Position numbers and translations under genes: made by a program. A DNA stretch of 63,075 bases, counting the filler, from Choristocarpus tenellus KU-1152 (taxonomy: Eukaryota > Protista > Phaeophyceae): assembly GCA_964200185.2 (NCBI GenBank). It is 8 parts of 8 records of this genome, joined end to end, with 100 filler letters (N's around TTAATTAATTAA, not from the genome) between each part and the next. Parts side by side here need not be neighbours in the genome. Positions count along the whole stretch, not along the records: positions 29,337 to 46,512 come from CAXNAD020000708.1; positions 46,613 to 56,414 come from CAXNAD020003381.1; 6 more parts are not named here. One strand, 5' to 3'. Shown piece by piece: positions 39,071 through 50,729 of the stretch. Within the stretch, counting starts at the first letter, position 1. The number at the start of each line of letters is the position of its first letter. The notes under the pieces are model-generated. The model made no database searches and had not been told where the DNA came from. It was given only the letters and a program-made list of their open reading frames with translations.

Positions 39071-41133
39071 CTGGTGTAGGAGGTTTTCTCTTGAACGTTG
39101 AGTCAAATGGAGCGTGAGTGCCGTGAGGTGCGAGTGTCACACTAGCATATCTGTTGTCAGGGCAAACGTGGGAAGGGGGGGTTTCCTTCAGGTTTCCTCC
39201 TCCACTGGATCCCCAACGGTGCCTACTGATATGTTAGGACCTGGGGGTGACATTCATTTCGTTTTTGTTACGTTCGTGGTGGGGCAGGGGGTGACATTGT
39301 ATTTCCTTGTCCAATCCCCTGTTCTTCACATTGAAGCAGTTCTGCTTCATGCAAGGGGGGCATGTTACAGGTGATATGTCTTGATGGCGGGTTTCATAAA
39401 CGCCACAATGACCTTGGAAGTCCTAGATTTTATATTTCTATACTTCTTGAATATTTGTTTACTGTTTGACCATTATGGTCCCCAATCGAGATAGGACATT
39501 TATCGACCAGTTCCTCATATAAACGATTATTGATACTTCTGAATTTAATAATCAAAGTGAGAGATCCAGCATACTTGACGACTTGTGCATTATGGAGCCT
39601 TGTACAAGGTTCATGACCCACATACACTCTTATGGATTGGAGCTGCATATCCCATCACAGTAAGCTTGCGGAGCATTTTGTAACAAACTCTCCCCAACTC
39701 ATATAGTTAACCACAGCTTCTTCATCGTAAGTAAGCACCACCAAGGTCGTCATCATAATCCCCCCAAAAGGTTCTACACCATTGCAGCTAATTCATACTT
39801 ATTGTCTTTGTTATGGAAGATATTGTCAGCATGATTATTGTTGTGGCTGTCTGTACTGGGAAGAAGTTTGCGTTTTCGTTCCTGTGCTAAGGCCATCCAT
39901 TTCCTGTTTCTACAAGGAGTCTGACCCCACCTAGCGACTCTCAGCAGTGATACCTTCTGAGTCGTTCAGTTTCTACAGCAGGTGGATGGGCAAGGCAAGG
40001 CTTTCAAGTAGATTTGAGACTTGACATGAAGAAAACCAGGTAGGTCGGTGAGCGGCTGTGCTGTTACCAATTGTTGCTAATGGTTGTAGAGGGGTTAATT
40101 ATGAGCAGGTGGTGGTTACAATGAGTGATGGGGAATGATATATTTTTTTTGCTCTTTTGCATGTGTGTGTAGGTAAGTCATAGAAAGTACTCTGTGGAGG
40201 TGTGATGTGCGGAGACGATGACACAATAATGACTTCAACATGGAGAATATCATAACACCCTGAAGGGTAGAAATATGAAGGATAATGATACACACTTCAG
40301 ATTATCGTTGTTGCTTACATCTCGGACTATGGTGCACTGCTTGAATCTGTGTACAAGCAATTAATGAACAAGTCTGTACTACAGTAATTGACTGTTTCAG
40401 AACTGTAAGTGCTACTGAGGTTTAGCTGTTGTTGCTGTTGTATTTATTTCTCATGTTGAACAAGGGACAACAAAGCTTGCAACAAAGCCGTGATAAAAAA
40501 AAACAGGGTAAAATACGGTGGCGAAGGTAGTGAGTAGTAGAATGAAAGTAGTGAGGTAATGTGATTCCATATAAACTCCTCCTATTCTACCACTACTTCC
40601 AAGTCTTCTCACCTCCTATGAACACAGCTCTAAACTGTGGCAAAGTGGAGGAGTACCAATGCTGATCTTGTGGAGCTGTTCCTTGCCCAACTCCTTCAGG
40701 GTGAATGGTGGAAAATTCTCTGAGGTTTCTCTCCGAAAAACATTACGTTGGCGGGTGCACAATTCTATGCCACCTTTCCACCTTGCTTGGACAAACCCTT
40801 CCTGCCTAACTATGAACGATTGCATTGTGTGATACTCTGTCTCTATAGTCTCTTCACCTGTAAACTGCAAATATATTTCTTTAACTGCAGAGTTACAAAT
40901 GTCTGCTACTCATGTCCAGCGCGTCACACAGAGGAGGATCACTGGAGATGATTTTCATATTAGCCACACGCAACACTGGAGGTATGAACAAGAGTGACCA
41001 ATACTATTCGTAACCAGTAAGAAACATCACAGTACTGGACAAAACCGTTGAAGGTTACTGGTCACCCCTCTATTTGTTCGACACTTTCTTCACCAGTTCT
41101 CTCCTGGCGTTGTTGGGAATGGGAAAGATTATC

Positions 41134-41393
41134 GAGCCAAAGTATCTTAGAGGGTAGAGCCACGTCCATTTCGGGATCAAAATCCAATTTTGCAATTTCG
41201 ATGTAATTTTGGCTATCGTGTTTGTTAGGAAGTGTCAATATCCTTGTTCTGGACATACCTTTTCATAACGTACACATTTTACCTACTCCGAAATTATTTT
41301 GGAGTGGGAAAATATCATAAAAAAAAACGAGGGAAGCCAAGCCCCAATTGGACAAACAGGGCAAAACTCGTACCCTCTAAGATACTTTCACTC
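41134..41393 (+). mobile_element. Sola2-type MITE, copy 5 (TSD TATC)
   Basis: GAGCCAAAGTATCTTAGAGGGTA ... TACCCTCTAAGATACTTTCACTC, with TATC on both sides. Confidence 0.92.
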
Positions 41394-41959
41394 TATCCAC
41401 ACTTTCCAGCAAATGTACTTGTTTGATAGTATGAAGCATTAATCAATCCGACTGCTGATGATACACAAAACAAGAGTCAGAACTTCTCCATTATTTGAAT
41501 ACCAACAGTTGATACTAGCAAGAGAGATTCGAGCCAAGGCCCTGTGAAGCAGGGTCTCATCTCAACGCATTTTGCATCTCTTACCAACTACAGCCAACAC
41601 TGGTAGCACAAAAGAGGACACCACTGTTTGCAAGTACATAGACCACAAATTGAGGTTATTTTTGACCTCTTTTTTTGGTGCTATCCTCACCAAGTCCACC
41701 CTTTGTGGTGTTAGGAATGAGGGACGAACGAAAATTCTGCTATTTCAACCAAGCAATATCTAACTTGGTGTTCGATATCTCAAAACTTGGGTGAACATAA
41801 ACAATCAGGACACACCATACACCTCAGAACTTCTGCTCCTTTGAACTACCAATAATTGATACTACAGTGAAGACACAAGTCAAGACAATAGAGCATCTCC
41901 AAAAAAACGTATCAACAAACAAAAAGTGAACAATAGCTTTAACTGTGCATCACCATCAA

Positions 41960-42600
41960 GAACCGACATGACCTGTAAAATACACCAACGCCTGTCCCAT
42001 AAGTAGGAACTTACGATATCAAGAAACACACAGAGCTCATGCAAAAAAATAAATTCCTATCGAAGAATGAGAGTGCACTAATACACATCCCTGATACGTT
42101 GCGATAACCTCGTGCTAATCTGTCTCACCATCAAGGCTTCGTGTACTTTGTAACAACCCATCTTTTCCTATGAAGAAAATAATACCAGGGTAGTGAGAGC
42201 GCAATGCTCCAAAATCAACACAATATACCAGTCAAGTGCTAATACACCTTGCTATCCAGGCTTGATGAAACCAGTAAAATGACCAACGCCTTATCCCACT
42301 TCGAGAAATACCTGATCCCCCCAAAAAAGTGTAACTTGCCTCCCTACGAAGAAAAGGATACTAGGGTAATGAAAGCACAGTAATCCAAAATCCCTGACAC
42401 ACTAAACTCACCTAGTGCTACTGTATCTCAATATCTAGTCCTGACAAAAACTGTAAAATACAGCAACGCCTGATCTCAATTTTAAAACATTTGATGCTCA
42501 AAATCACACAACAATTGTCTTACACAAGAAGCAATATTATACTCATAGAATGAGAGGCCAATGATGCACACCCCTGTCATAGTACGATATCCCAGGTCAA
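41960..42600. repeat. Degenerate tandem repeat
   Basis: C.GTAAAAT..CAACGCCT at ~41973, 42272, 42451, and AGGGTA.TGA.AGC.CA at ~42187, 42363. Confidence 0.55.
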
Positions 42601-42962
42601 TATGCAACAGGATCACCTCTACTTGTCAAATACTTCATGTTACCTATCACAAGGACTTGAATGGTGAGTAATGTATCCTTCATCAGTACTGTCCATTCGA
42701 GAGTACTTTAAAATCATGACCAGACTCCATTGTACTGGTCATCCACAATTTCTCAATGCATTGAGGACCACACAATATTTATCAACGAACTCCATACCTG
42801 ACATCCCATATTATAGTATAGCACATCTTGTTGCATTCAGGGGAAATAGCACCAACTTCAATCAATAGAAACAGATGCAAGGCCAAAGCCTACCTAACCC
42901 ACCCGAAAGACACCGGGTCACATTTTATGTACGCGGTGTGGCTGTGATGCAAGTGTCTTTAG

Positions 42963-44211
42963 TTAGCAATTTCCATTGGGGCCGGAGGCAATTGCCATCT
43001 CCCTGTTGTCAGGTCCAACAACAGAAATGTCCTTATAGTCCACCTTGCCATCGCCCACATTATCTGTAGAGTGGTACAGACCAAGCTTCAGGCGCACACT
43101 ATCGCTTTCCTCATTAGACCATGCTACGGGCCTCTCATCACTAGGCCATGAGTAAGATCCCGATATGGCTCCTGACAGCTTGACTTCCATAGATGAACCG
43201 AAGGTTGAGGTTATCTTCACGTGAGTCCAACTGCCCAAGCAGTCTTCCCAGCTCAAGTAGTCGCCGACCACAAGATAATCTTCGATGCTGCCACCCTGAT
43301 TGCTGAACCGGACATTGACACCCTTGTCGTTCGCCGTGATGGACATGAGGGCATCACCATTCACCATAGATTTGCCGATGGCTGGTTTGACCTGACCAAT
43401 GTGAGTAAAACGATCCGTGACCACCATGCCTGCCACTGGCCTGAAGCTGTACTTGACTACCCAAGTTTCGCCTTCGTAGAAGACCCAGTCGTGGGCGTTA
43501 GCGTTCACCTTCACCTCAGTACGCTTTTGAGATTTCTCGAGGTCAAAGGTTGTGCAAGGTGTTGACGAAGTGGCGTCGCTACATGCGTAGGTTTCCCCCC
43601 CAAACTCGTCGACCTCGTCCAAAGAGCCAGGGCCAAGAAGACATTCCCAATCTATGGAGTTGTCGCTGTTCCCATCGCAACCCTGCACATATTCGTAAGG
43701 AGGCGAATCAGCAACAGGAAGTTAAGGGGTTATACCCGTGTGATGAGGAGAGAGTTTGGGCCTCGGGCCTTGTGATTGAGGATAGACTCAGTTATAGTTA
43801 CGAAAATTGACGTGGAAGAGGACTGCGAAGTTCTATTGCCTTCCTACAAAATCTGGTGCAGTACAACTATATTGCCATTGTGAAGATGACAAAATGGGAA
43901 AAAGAGAAGCGACCAGAACTCACCGAACAGGGAGATTCAGTACTAACACTCCACGACGATTCGTAGTCTTTCGGCCGACAAGTCCCATAAACACAATTGG
44001 TCCCTATGCATCGCTTGTTCTTGTCGCAGCTTGAGCCATGTGGGAGACGGCACCTCCCATTCTTCCTGCATTTAGCTGTGCTGTCGCAACATCCGTCGAT
44101 ATCGCATGTGCCTGGCTTTCCAGTTTTTAGGCATTTTCCGTGTAGTGGTGTCACACAGTAGAGTACCACCAGGAGGAGGAGAAAGAATGACAGTCTGGTT
44201 CTTATCATCAT
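42963..44211 (-). CDS. Secreted protein: signal peptide + 10-Cys module + beta-jelly-roll polysaccharide lyase-like domain (candidate alginate lyase, PL7-like/PL41)
   Basis: Exon 1 43924-44211 (hydrophobic N-terminus, GTGAGT donor, phase 0). Exon 2 42963-43682 (GTGCAG acceptor). About 335 aa, uninterrupted. KRTEVK, FTHIGQVK and RLKLGLYH occur in the order of the lyase boxes RxE, QxH and KxGxY. Confidence 0.75.
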
Positions 44212-45164
44212 GAACTCGATGATAAAAGCTGTGGAGTTGGGTGTTGACCAAGAGAAAGGAAGTAAATCAGTGGAAAGTGTTTAATACGTGTGGAGGCAAT
44301 ACAAGGTAAGGTGATGTGTTCCGTTAAGTTCATCTTCCAATTGGCACACAAGTACGTGGGTGTAGGGTTAAGCGACGACTGAAAAGGGGTGATGACAATA
44401 CTCCACCGTTCGTGATTTGGGAAGGTCAAAGCAGGTAAACACTTGTTATGCACAGATCGGAAAGATAGACAGACGCTTGTCACACAATGTCCCGTTTGAA
44501 CTCAAGGTGATGAGCAACAAGAGTGGTTTAACAGTAGAGGATTGACAGTCATAGGGAACGGCATGGGATGGTGCAAGGCAATACGGTCATTGATCTCTCG
44601 TTCTTTTTTTTCACTGACATTCGCACAACCAAGCAAGATGCTAACCGACCTTGGAACAAACATCCAAATCAACACCAGATAGTCTACAATGTAGCCACAC
44701 ACTGACCTTCACTGCGTTTCTATACTTACCGCCTTGCCTTCTTTGAGACCCCGCCTTGCCCACACCAATCGTTCAACCGCTTATTGGTGGGGCTGAAAGC
44801 AGATCTGAACAGTTCTTGGTTATGTAACACTTAAGGAAGAACAAACAAGAGGTTGTTTCTGAATTTGAGGATCAATTTATGGGGGTATACTGTAGAATTA
44901 TGTGATCTCTATCCATCCCATTATTTTTGGTTCTCAGATATAAGGAAATATTTTCATTTCTCCATAGGTATTTAACGGTAAAACGATAAACCTCAAATAA
45001 AGTTATTATAGGATTCTTCACTTTACTTTTTCCCCAGAATATTCTGGATCCTCCCACCTCAGAATTCTGCAACGACCAGTTAAATACCATATATTCAAGA
45101 GTTGTGATTTCATGACGATGAACTAAAACCGTGACGTAGATCTCTCAGTAATATAAAAATATAT

Positions 45165-46420
45165 TGTATTAGTAGTGGGAGTAGTTGTACTAGTGTTATT
45201 GGGAATATAATCCCAATGTGTAGTTAGATGGACAAATAGAAACATATACCCTTTACGCAGGTAAATCCTGAAACTTCAGTTTACCGCTGATTCTCTTGAT
45301 ATATAGTTAGATGATACACCACACTATACAAATGTTTATAATCTATAAACTAATTGCTGAACTTCAACTTACCGATTTTTCCATTCACGACTCCTACTTT
45401 TCCTAGAGTCTTGTACTTACTCCTCTCCAACGATCATTCCAATTAAACTTAGTATTAATAGAGGTGAGGAATGATCCTCACCCATGGTCAGAAGAAAAAA
45501 TAGAAACATATACCTCTCAACCCAACCAATCCAGAAATTTCCAGTTCAATGTCCATGATTTTTGAGTGGCGGCGAAATGGTACTCTCAGTAATATTTGTA
45601 GAAGTAGTAGTGGAGAAAGATCCCACCGATGGTCAGAGGAAGAAACAGAGTAATATACTCCATACCCCAACCTACACGGAAATTTCCAGTTCACAGTCAG
45701 TTCTCTTGACATGTTACTAGTCCACACTACACAAATATTTAACGTACAAACTAACTGTTGAGCTTCAACTAATTCCATCGTTGGTATGTGAGGGCTTGTA
45801 CTTGTCGTTGATCCATCTCGCCTCTCAAATCTGTGTCGTTTTCGTAGTAGTAGTAGTAGTGGTGGTGGTGGTGGTGGTGGTGGTGGGGAAATATCCCAGT
45901 CGGTGGTCAAAGGAAGAAATAGAAACAATACCGAATTTTTCTGTTCACCCCGAGATGTCTTCACTACTTGTAGTTAGATGGTAGTCCATACTACACAAAT
46001 ATTGCAACCCTACAAACTAACTGTTGAACTTCAACTAATTCCACTACTGTTCGTGTGTGCGTTGATTTTTTATTGTCCGTTGTCGTCGATCCATCTCCTC
46101 CCTCAGATCTGGTGTGTGCTCGTAGTAGAGGAGGAGAAGGAGGAGGAGGAGGAGGAGAAGGAGTAGGCGCTGGTGGGGAAAATCCCCACCCATGATCAGA
46201 GGTAGAGATATGAACCCCTAACCCGACCTATCCGGAATTTTCCAGTTTCTCCAGTACTCTTCTTGACCAGCGGTCAGATGGTAGTCCATACTACATAAAC
46301 AATTTTAACCCTATAAACTAACTCTTGGACTTCAACTAATTCCACTGATGGTGTGTGCCTTGATTTTTAACGTCCGTTGTCATCAATCCATCTCCTCCCT
46401 TGAATCCGATATGTACTATT
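45165..46420. repeat. Degenerate ~280-420-bp tandem repeat, about 4 units, each headed by a GTA/GTG/GAG triplet run
   Basis: Shared blocks AAATAGAAACA, GAAATTTCCAGTT, TAGTCCA.ACTACACAAAT and AAACTAACTGTTGAACTTCAACTAATTCCA recur at ~45345, 45747, 46014, 46315. Confidence 0.8.
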
Positions 46421-46906
46421 TTCTGTTCATAATTAATCTTCTCTACCAAGGTCCAGATCTTCTGTTACAGGCGCCCCTCAATGCTCACCTTCCAGGATGT
46501 ACAACTCAAATCNNNNNNNNNNNNNNNNNNNNNNNNNNNNNNNNNNNNNNNNNNNNTTAATTAATTAANNNNNNNNNNNNNNNNNNNNNNNNNNNNNNNN
46601 NNNNNNNNNNNNCTTACCTTGTTGACCTTCTCTTACCATTTCCGTATCCGTTTCTCAAGCATCCCCGCCCCTTCCCTCGGACCTTTCTCCCTTCCAGCTT
46701 TCGGAAAGATTGTTCAGGTTATGTCTAGATCCACTCCGGCGAGAAGCTTGCTCGGAGGTTGCCTTATCCTCCCCTCCTTATCTCGAACCCCTTATTTTCC
46801 AGACTGCAATCCTTAGTTACTGCCTACCACTCAATTTCATAAACTATCTCGTTCCTTCCTTAACTATTCATTATCTTCTTCTTTCTTTCTTTTCTATCCC
46901 CACATT

Positions 46907-47123
46907 CTTGTCCTGTGCCCCCAGCCAACCAGAATTCTACCGCCCACAACACTCAGTTTACTTCATAAACTCTCACTTTCCGTTAACCTTCTCTTCCCTT
47001 CTTTAACTATCCGTTCTCTTCCTGCTTCCTTCTTTTTCTTTTCCCTGCCCACGCTTGTCCTGTGCCCCCAGCCAACCAGAATTCTTCCGCCCACAAAATT
47101 CAGAGTATTTCATAAACTCTCAC
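46907..47123. repeat. ~70-bp direct repeat pair in a pyrimidine-rich tract
   Basis: CTTGTCCTGTGCCCCCAGCCAACCAGAATTCT.CCGCCCACAA..TTCATAAACTCTCACT at 46907 and 47054. Confidence 0.85.
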
Positions 47124-47399
47124 TATATATATTATGATATCGTTTTTCTTCTCTCAAGTCTTTGAAATTATATTACTCTTGGATTCAACTTACTATTTCG
47201 TTCCTTCTATAATACCTCTACTTCTCTTTTGTTCATCATTCTTGATTTTTTTTTTGCTTGTGTCCTTACGTCACACTCCACTAGAGGTCCACTTCTTTCA
47301 ATCTTGAAATCTTTAATTGTGATGCTGTAGGTAGTGTTTAGTGATTTGATAGTCATCATCCAAACCGTCCAGCATGTCAATTTGTAGTACTTGTTCGGA

Positions 47400-47860
47400 C
47401 ATTGCATGCCCCATCATTGCCATCTGCCCAACCCAATCTAACATCATAATGAAGACGACTTGAGGGTCGGCTTCATTTTGACGTCCATCACCTTTTTCTG
47501 GAGTCGTGCTACTTCCTCATCTGATTAAATGAGAAAATGCTCCTTCAGTTGCCTCCAAGCCTCTGAGGGTGACGCTGCATTGCGTACAATCCACCCATAA
47601 AACCCGCTGGTACTCCTCAGCAGGACGTTGTATGCTTTCTTGGCCTTTGCGACCTCTTCTTCGCTGACATCTTCCCCCTTAGTGAATTGTATGTCACCCA
47701 CTCTGATGGGTTCCTCAAGGACCTCTAATGCCTCCTCAATGTCGCCCTTTGCGCCCAAAAATGCACTTGTGGTTAACCAATCGGCATAGTTGTGGTCCGT
47801 CAGCTGAAGGAGTTTGGTATGAAACCCATCCGAAGCCATGAGTGATGTTAACCAACTCAA
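47400..47860 (-). mobile_element. Ty1/copia gag relic
   Basis: LTDHNYADW...FL, AYNVLL and IVRNAASPSEAWRQLKEHF match copia gag (Retrotran_gag_2/UBN2). The frame is broken after 47525. Confidence 0.75.
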
Positions 47861-50729
47861 ACCAATCCAGTTTGGCTGCGTCTCCCCTACCTAGCTAGAG
47901 TTTCAATATTAAGGCTCTTAAAAGCGTGTTGAGAAGCTTTGTGCATGTAAAGGTTCGTCACCCAAAGCCGCTCGTTGAGTGACATGGTAAGACATTGTGC
48001 GAATAACCTTGGGAGGTAATGCTATTTCTCAGTAGTGAAGATAAGAGATTGGGAAGCCTCACACGACCCCCTTTGCTGAACGTGAAAAAAGGAATGGATG
48101 GTTGAAATTTGTAAGACCTTTGTGTATGGTGTCTTCTAATTGCTTGTTTATTATTTATTTGTGCTTCCTATCTGAGTCAACAGTCATATCAAAGTTCGTT
48201 GAATGCAGAATAAATACCAATACATAATTCCATACATAATCTGGATGTACTATTTTTGTGTCCCTTTTCACATTCCCAATTTTGTCGTTCAGCAGCAATG
48301 CCCATCACAATTTTAGAGATATTTTCACTTCACAACAAAACACAAAAAGCAACACCAAAAACAAATAATTGACCAATCACCAAGGAGTACTTCCACTACC
48401 CAATAAAAAGACCAATGCACACACAGAAACAGACACCTACATACATTTATGTGAACAACAATAACAGCATCAATACAAGGTGAAAAATATGTTACACCAT
48501 CAACACAAGCAGCCAAGATACATCAGGACTAATTGCAAATACGTTTTGCATCACTACTGCCTCAAAAACAACAGACTGATACACTAACAAAAACGAGGGA
48601 CCAGAGCACTAGGAAATGTAAAATATTGCAGAGGAATCGCACCCCATTGGCTCAACGTAGCATACATACCATACTATCAATGACAATACTCTCACACAGA
48701 CAAGTCTCCCACTGTTGTAACTCAAGTCTTGGCATCACTCACTGGAAAATGGAAATGGCAGCTGCAGCATCAACTGAAGACTACTCCACAACTCAAATCA
48801 CGATATGCAATATACAAGGGTTACTTGTTCATCCTTTCATAGCAGAACATTCTGCTGAAACAGTTCGAGTCACACCTTTTGTTGGTGAAAAGTCACTTTT
48901 TGACATTTTCTACCCAACAAGAACAATGTTTACAACGTCACATCACATACACACCCATCCCTCAACAAAAAAGGAAAAGACAACATCGGAATGATAAAGT
49001 TTTTTATCCTACCCACATACATACCCACTAATTGGCACAACATACCTGTTGTACTGATTCCACACCTGACAACGCATAGAAGGGAATGTACACTGGGTCA
49101 GAACTTAACAATGAGGACATCGAGAGCAGCTCAACACGGGGTCTAACATGTCCCCCAGATTTTTTGTAGTATGGAAGTATGAAGTGGATCAATGATTATC
49201 TTTTGTACTTACAAGCAGTAGAAACAACTGGGTGGGGTGTGTCAAAACTAAACTTTCCCCCCTCTGATCTAACAATGGGCATGGGTATGCTATTCTTCAG
49301 AAAGTACTTCATATTTTATAAAAAAAAAACAAAAATATCAACAATCAAGTACCTTGAAAAATAATTTTCTCACCAATTACATTGGAATTGGACAAATTCA
49401 GACTTCATAATAAGAGTAATGAAGCTCTTATGTGAGATGAGATGCTCAGTGGTGTAATCAGGTGTTCACAAGGTGATACAAATGCTAAAGACATCTGTTT
49501 AGTAGTGACCAAAACAGGGCACAGAATGTACAATTTTTTTTAACAGTCTGCATGATTTTGAAGAAAAAATCAGAGCTCACCCATCACAAAAATTGGGGAT
49601 TCACTGGGTGAGTATGACAATATGAGGTGTACCACTGGCAGTACAAGCTAAATCTACAATGAGTCGAAGCAATCGAGAGACACTCCAGGTTGCATTCTTG
49701 ATGATATCAAATGTGCAAAATTCAACTTTTTGCACAAATGCTTATTGGAAAACCTTTCTGACTTCTGTATAAAACTTAAAACAATAGAGAAATCAACACT
49801 GTCAAGCTATTCTTAGCACTTTATCCATAGAAAAATAAGAGTGAATTGCAAAACACGAAAAAAGTGTCTTATAATGCAAAACGGTCAAAGCCTGGGTACC
49901 TATAATGCACTTTCGCTCCATTATATTGTCGTCGGTTCCTCTCTCAGTCATAAATATGGTACCATCTACTCCACCCACCTCTCTAGTTCATGGTCCGGAC
50001 CTGAATTTTCCAACAGTGTATAAGGGAACTTTAACTTTACCCTCAACTAGTGAGGTTTGCTGCAATACAAAGCGAGTGACTGATGACGGATAGTAGAGAG
50101 GGTCATACAGAAGGGGCTCACCATGGTAAAAAAACTCTTTAACGAGCACCACAAAAAATCACAATTAGTGGTTCAACAATAACACACACCACATGCAACA
50201 GTGTTGTCTTGGACAGGCAATAGCACTTTGCCTAGGGAAAATTGAAATGGAAACAATGGCTCCCTCTACTATCGATCCCTCATGCCTTTGCCTTCGTGAG
50301 GAGGAGGGGGGATCCTGGAGAGGGTTGCCGGCTTACATGATTCTTGTCCCCAAAACCAAAACGGGTTCGATGCCTAGCTCGAAAAATCACATTTTACTGG
50401 TAGATGGAGAAGCAACATACAGATACTTCCCTCAGGGTAAATCAGACCCTTCATGAGGCAACCCTCCATGGAACAAACCCGTGACATATGAAAAGAAAAA
50501 GTTGTGTCTCTTCACAATAAAACCCTGCGCAAGATTCGAGGTCAAAATCTAAGAATAAAGGTGAAAGGAGGAACAAATTCTAGGTAGCTGATGAGACACT
50601 CCTCGAGTAGCATGCTTCAAGTACGGAGTGCTTGGTTTGTGATAACGATCGCTTCACATTCATACCCCCCACGCATGACTAAATTGATGCTTGTCATCCC
50701 GGTCCCACAATATTCACTATGAAACTCAC

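Noticed and set aside
39200-39800. Possible gypsy gag relic on the minus strand (WGEF, KFRSI, CFN)
   Set aside because: Motifs are too degraded to support a call by eye.
50430-50524. Candidate last sulfatase exon
   Set aside because: The acceptor at 50525 gives a frame unlike sulfatase C-termini, and the more plausible GFVPW is in another frame; left unassigned.
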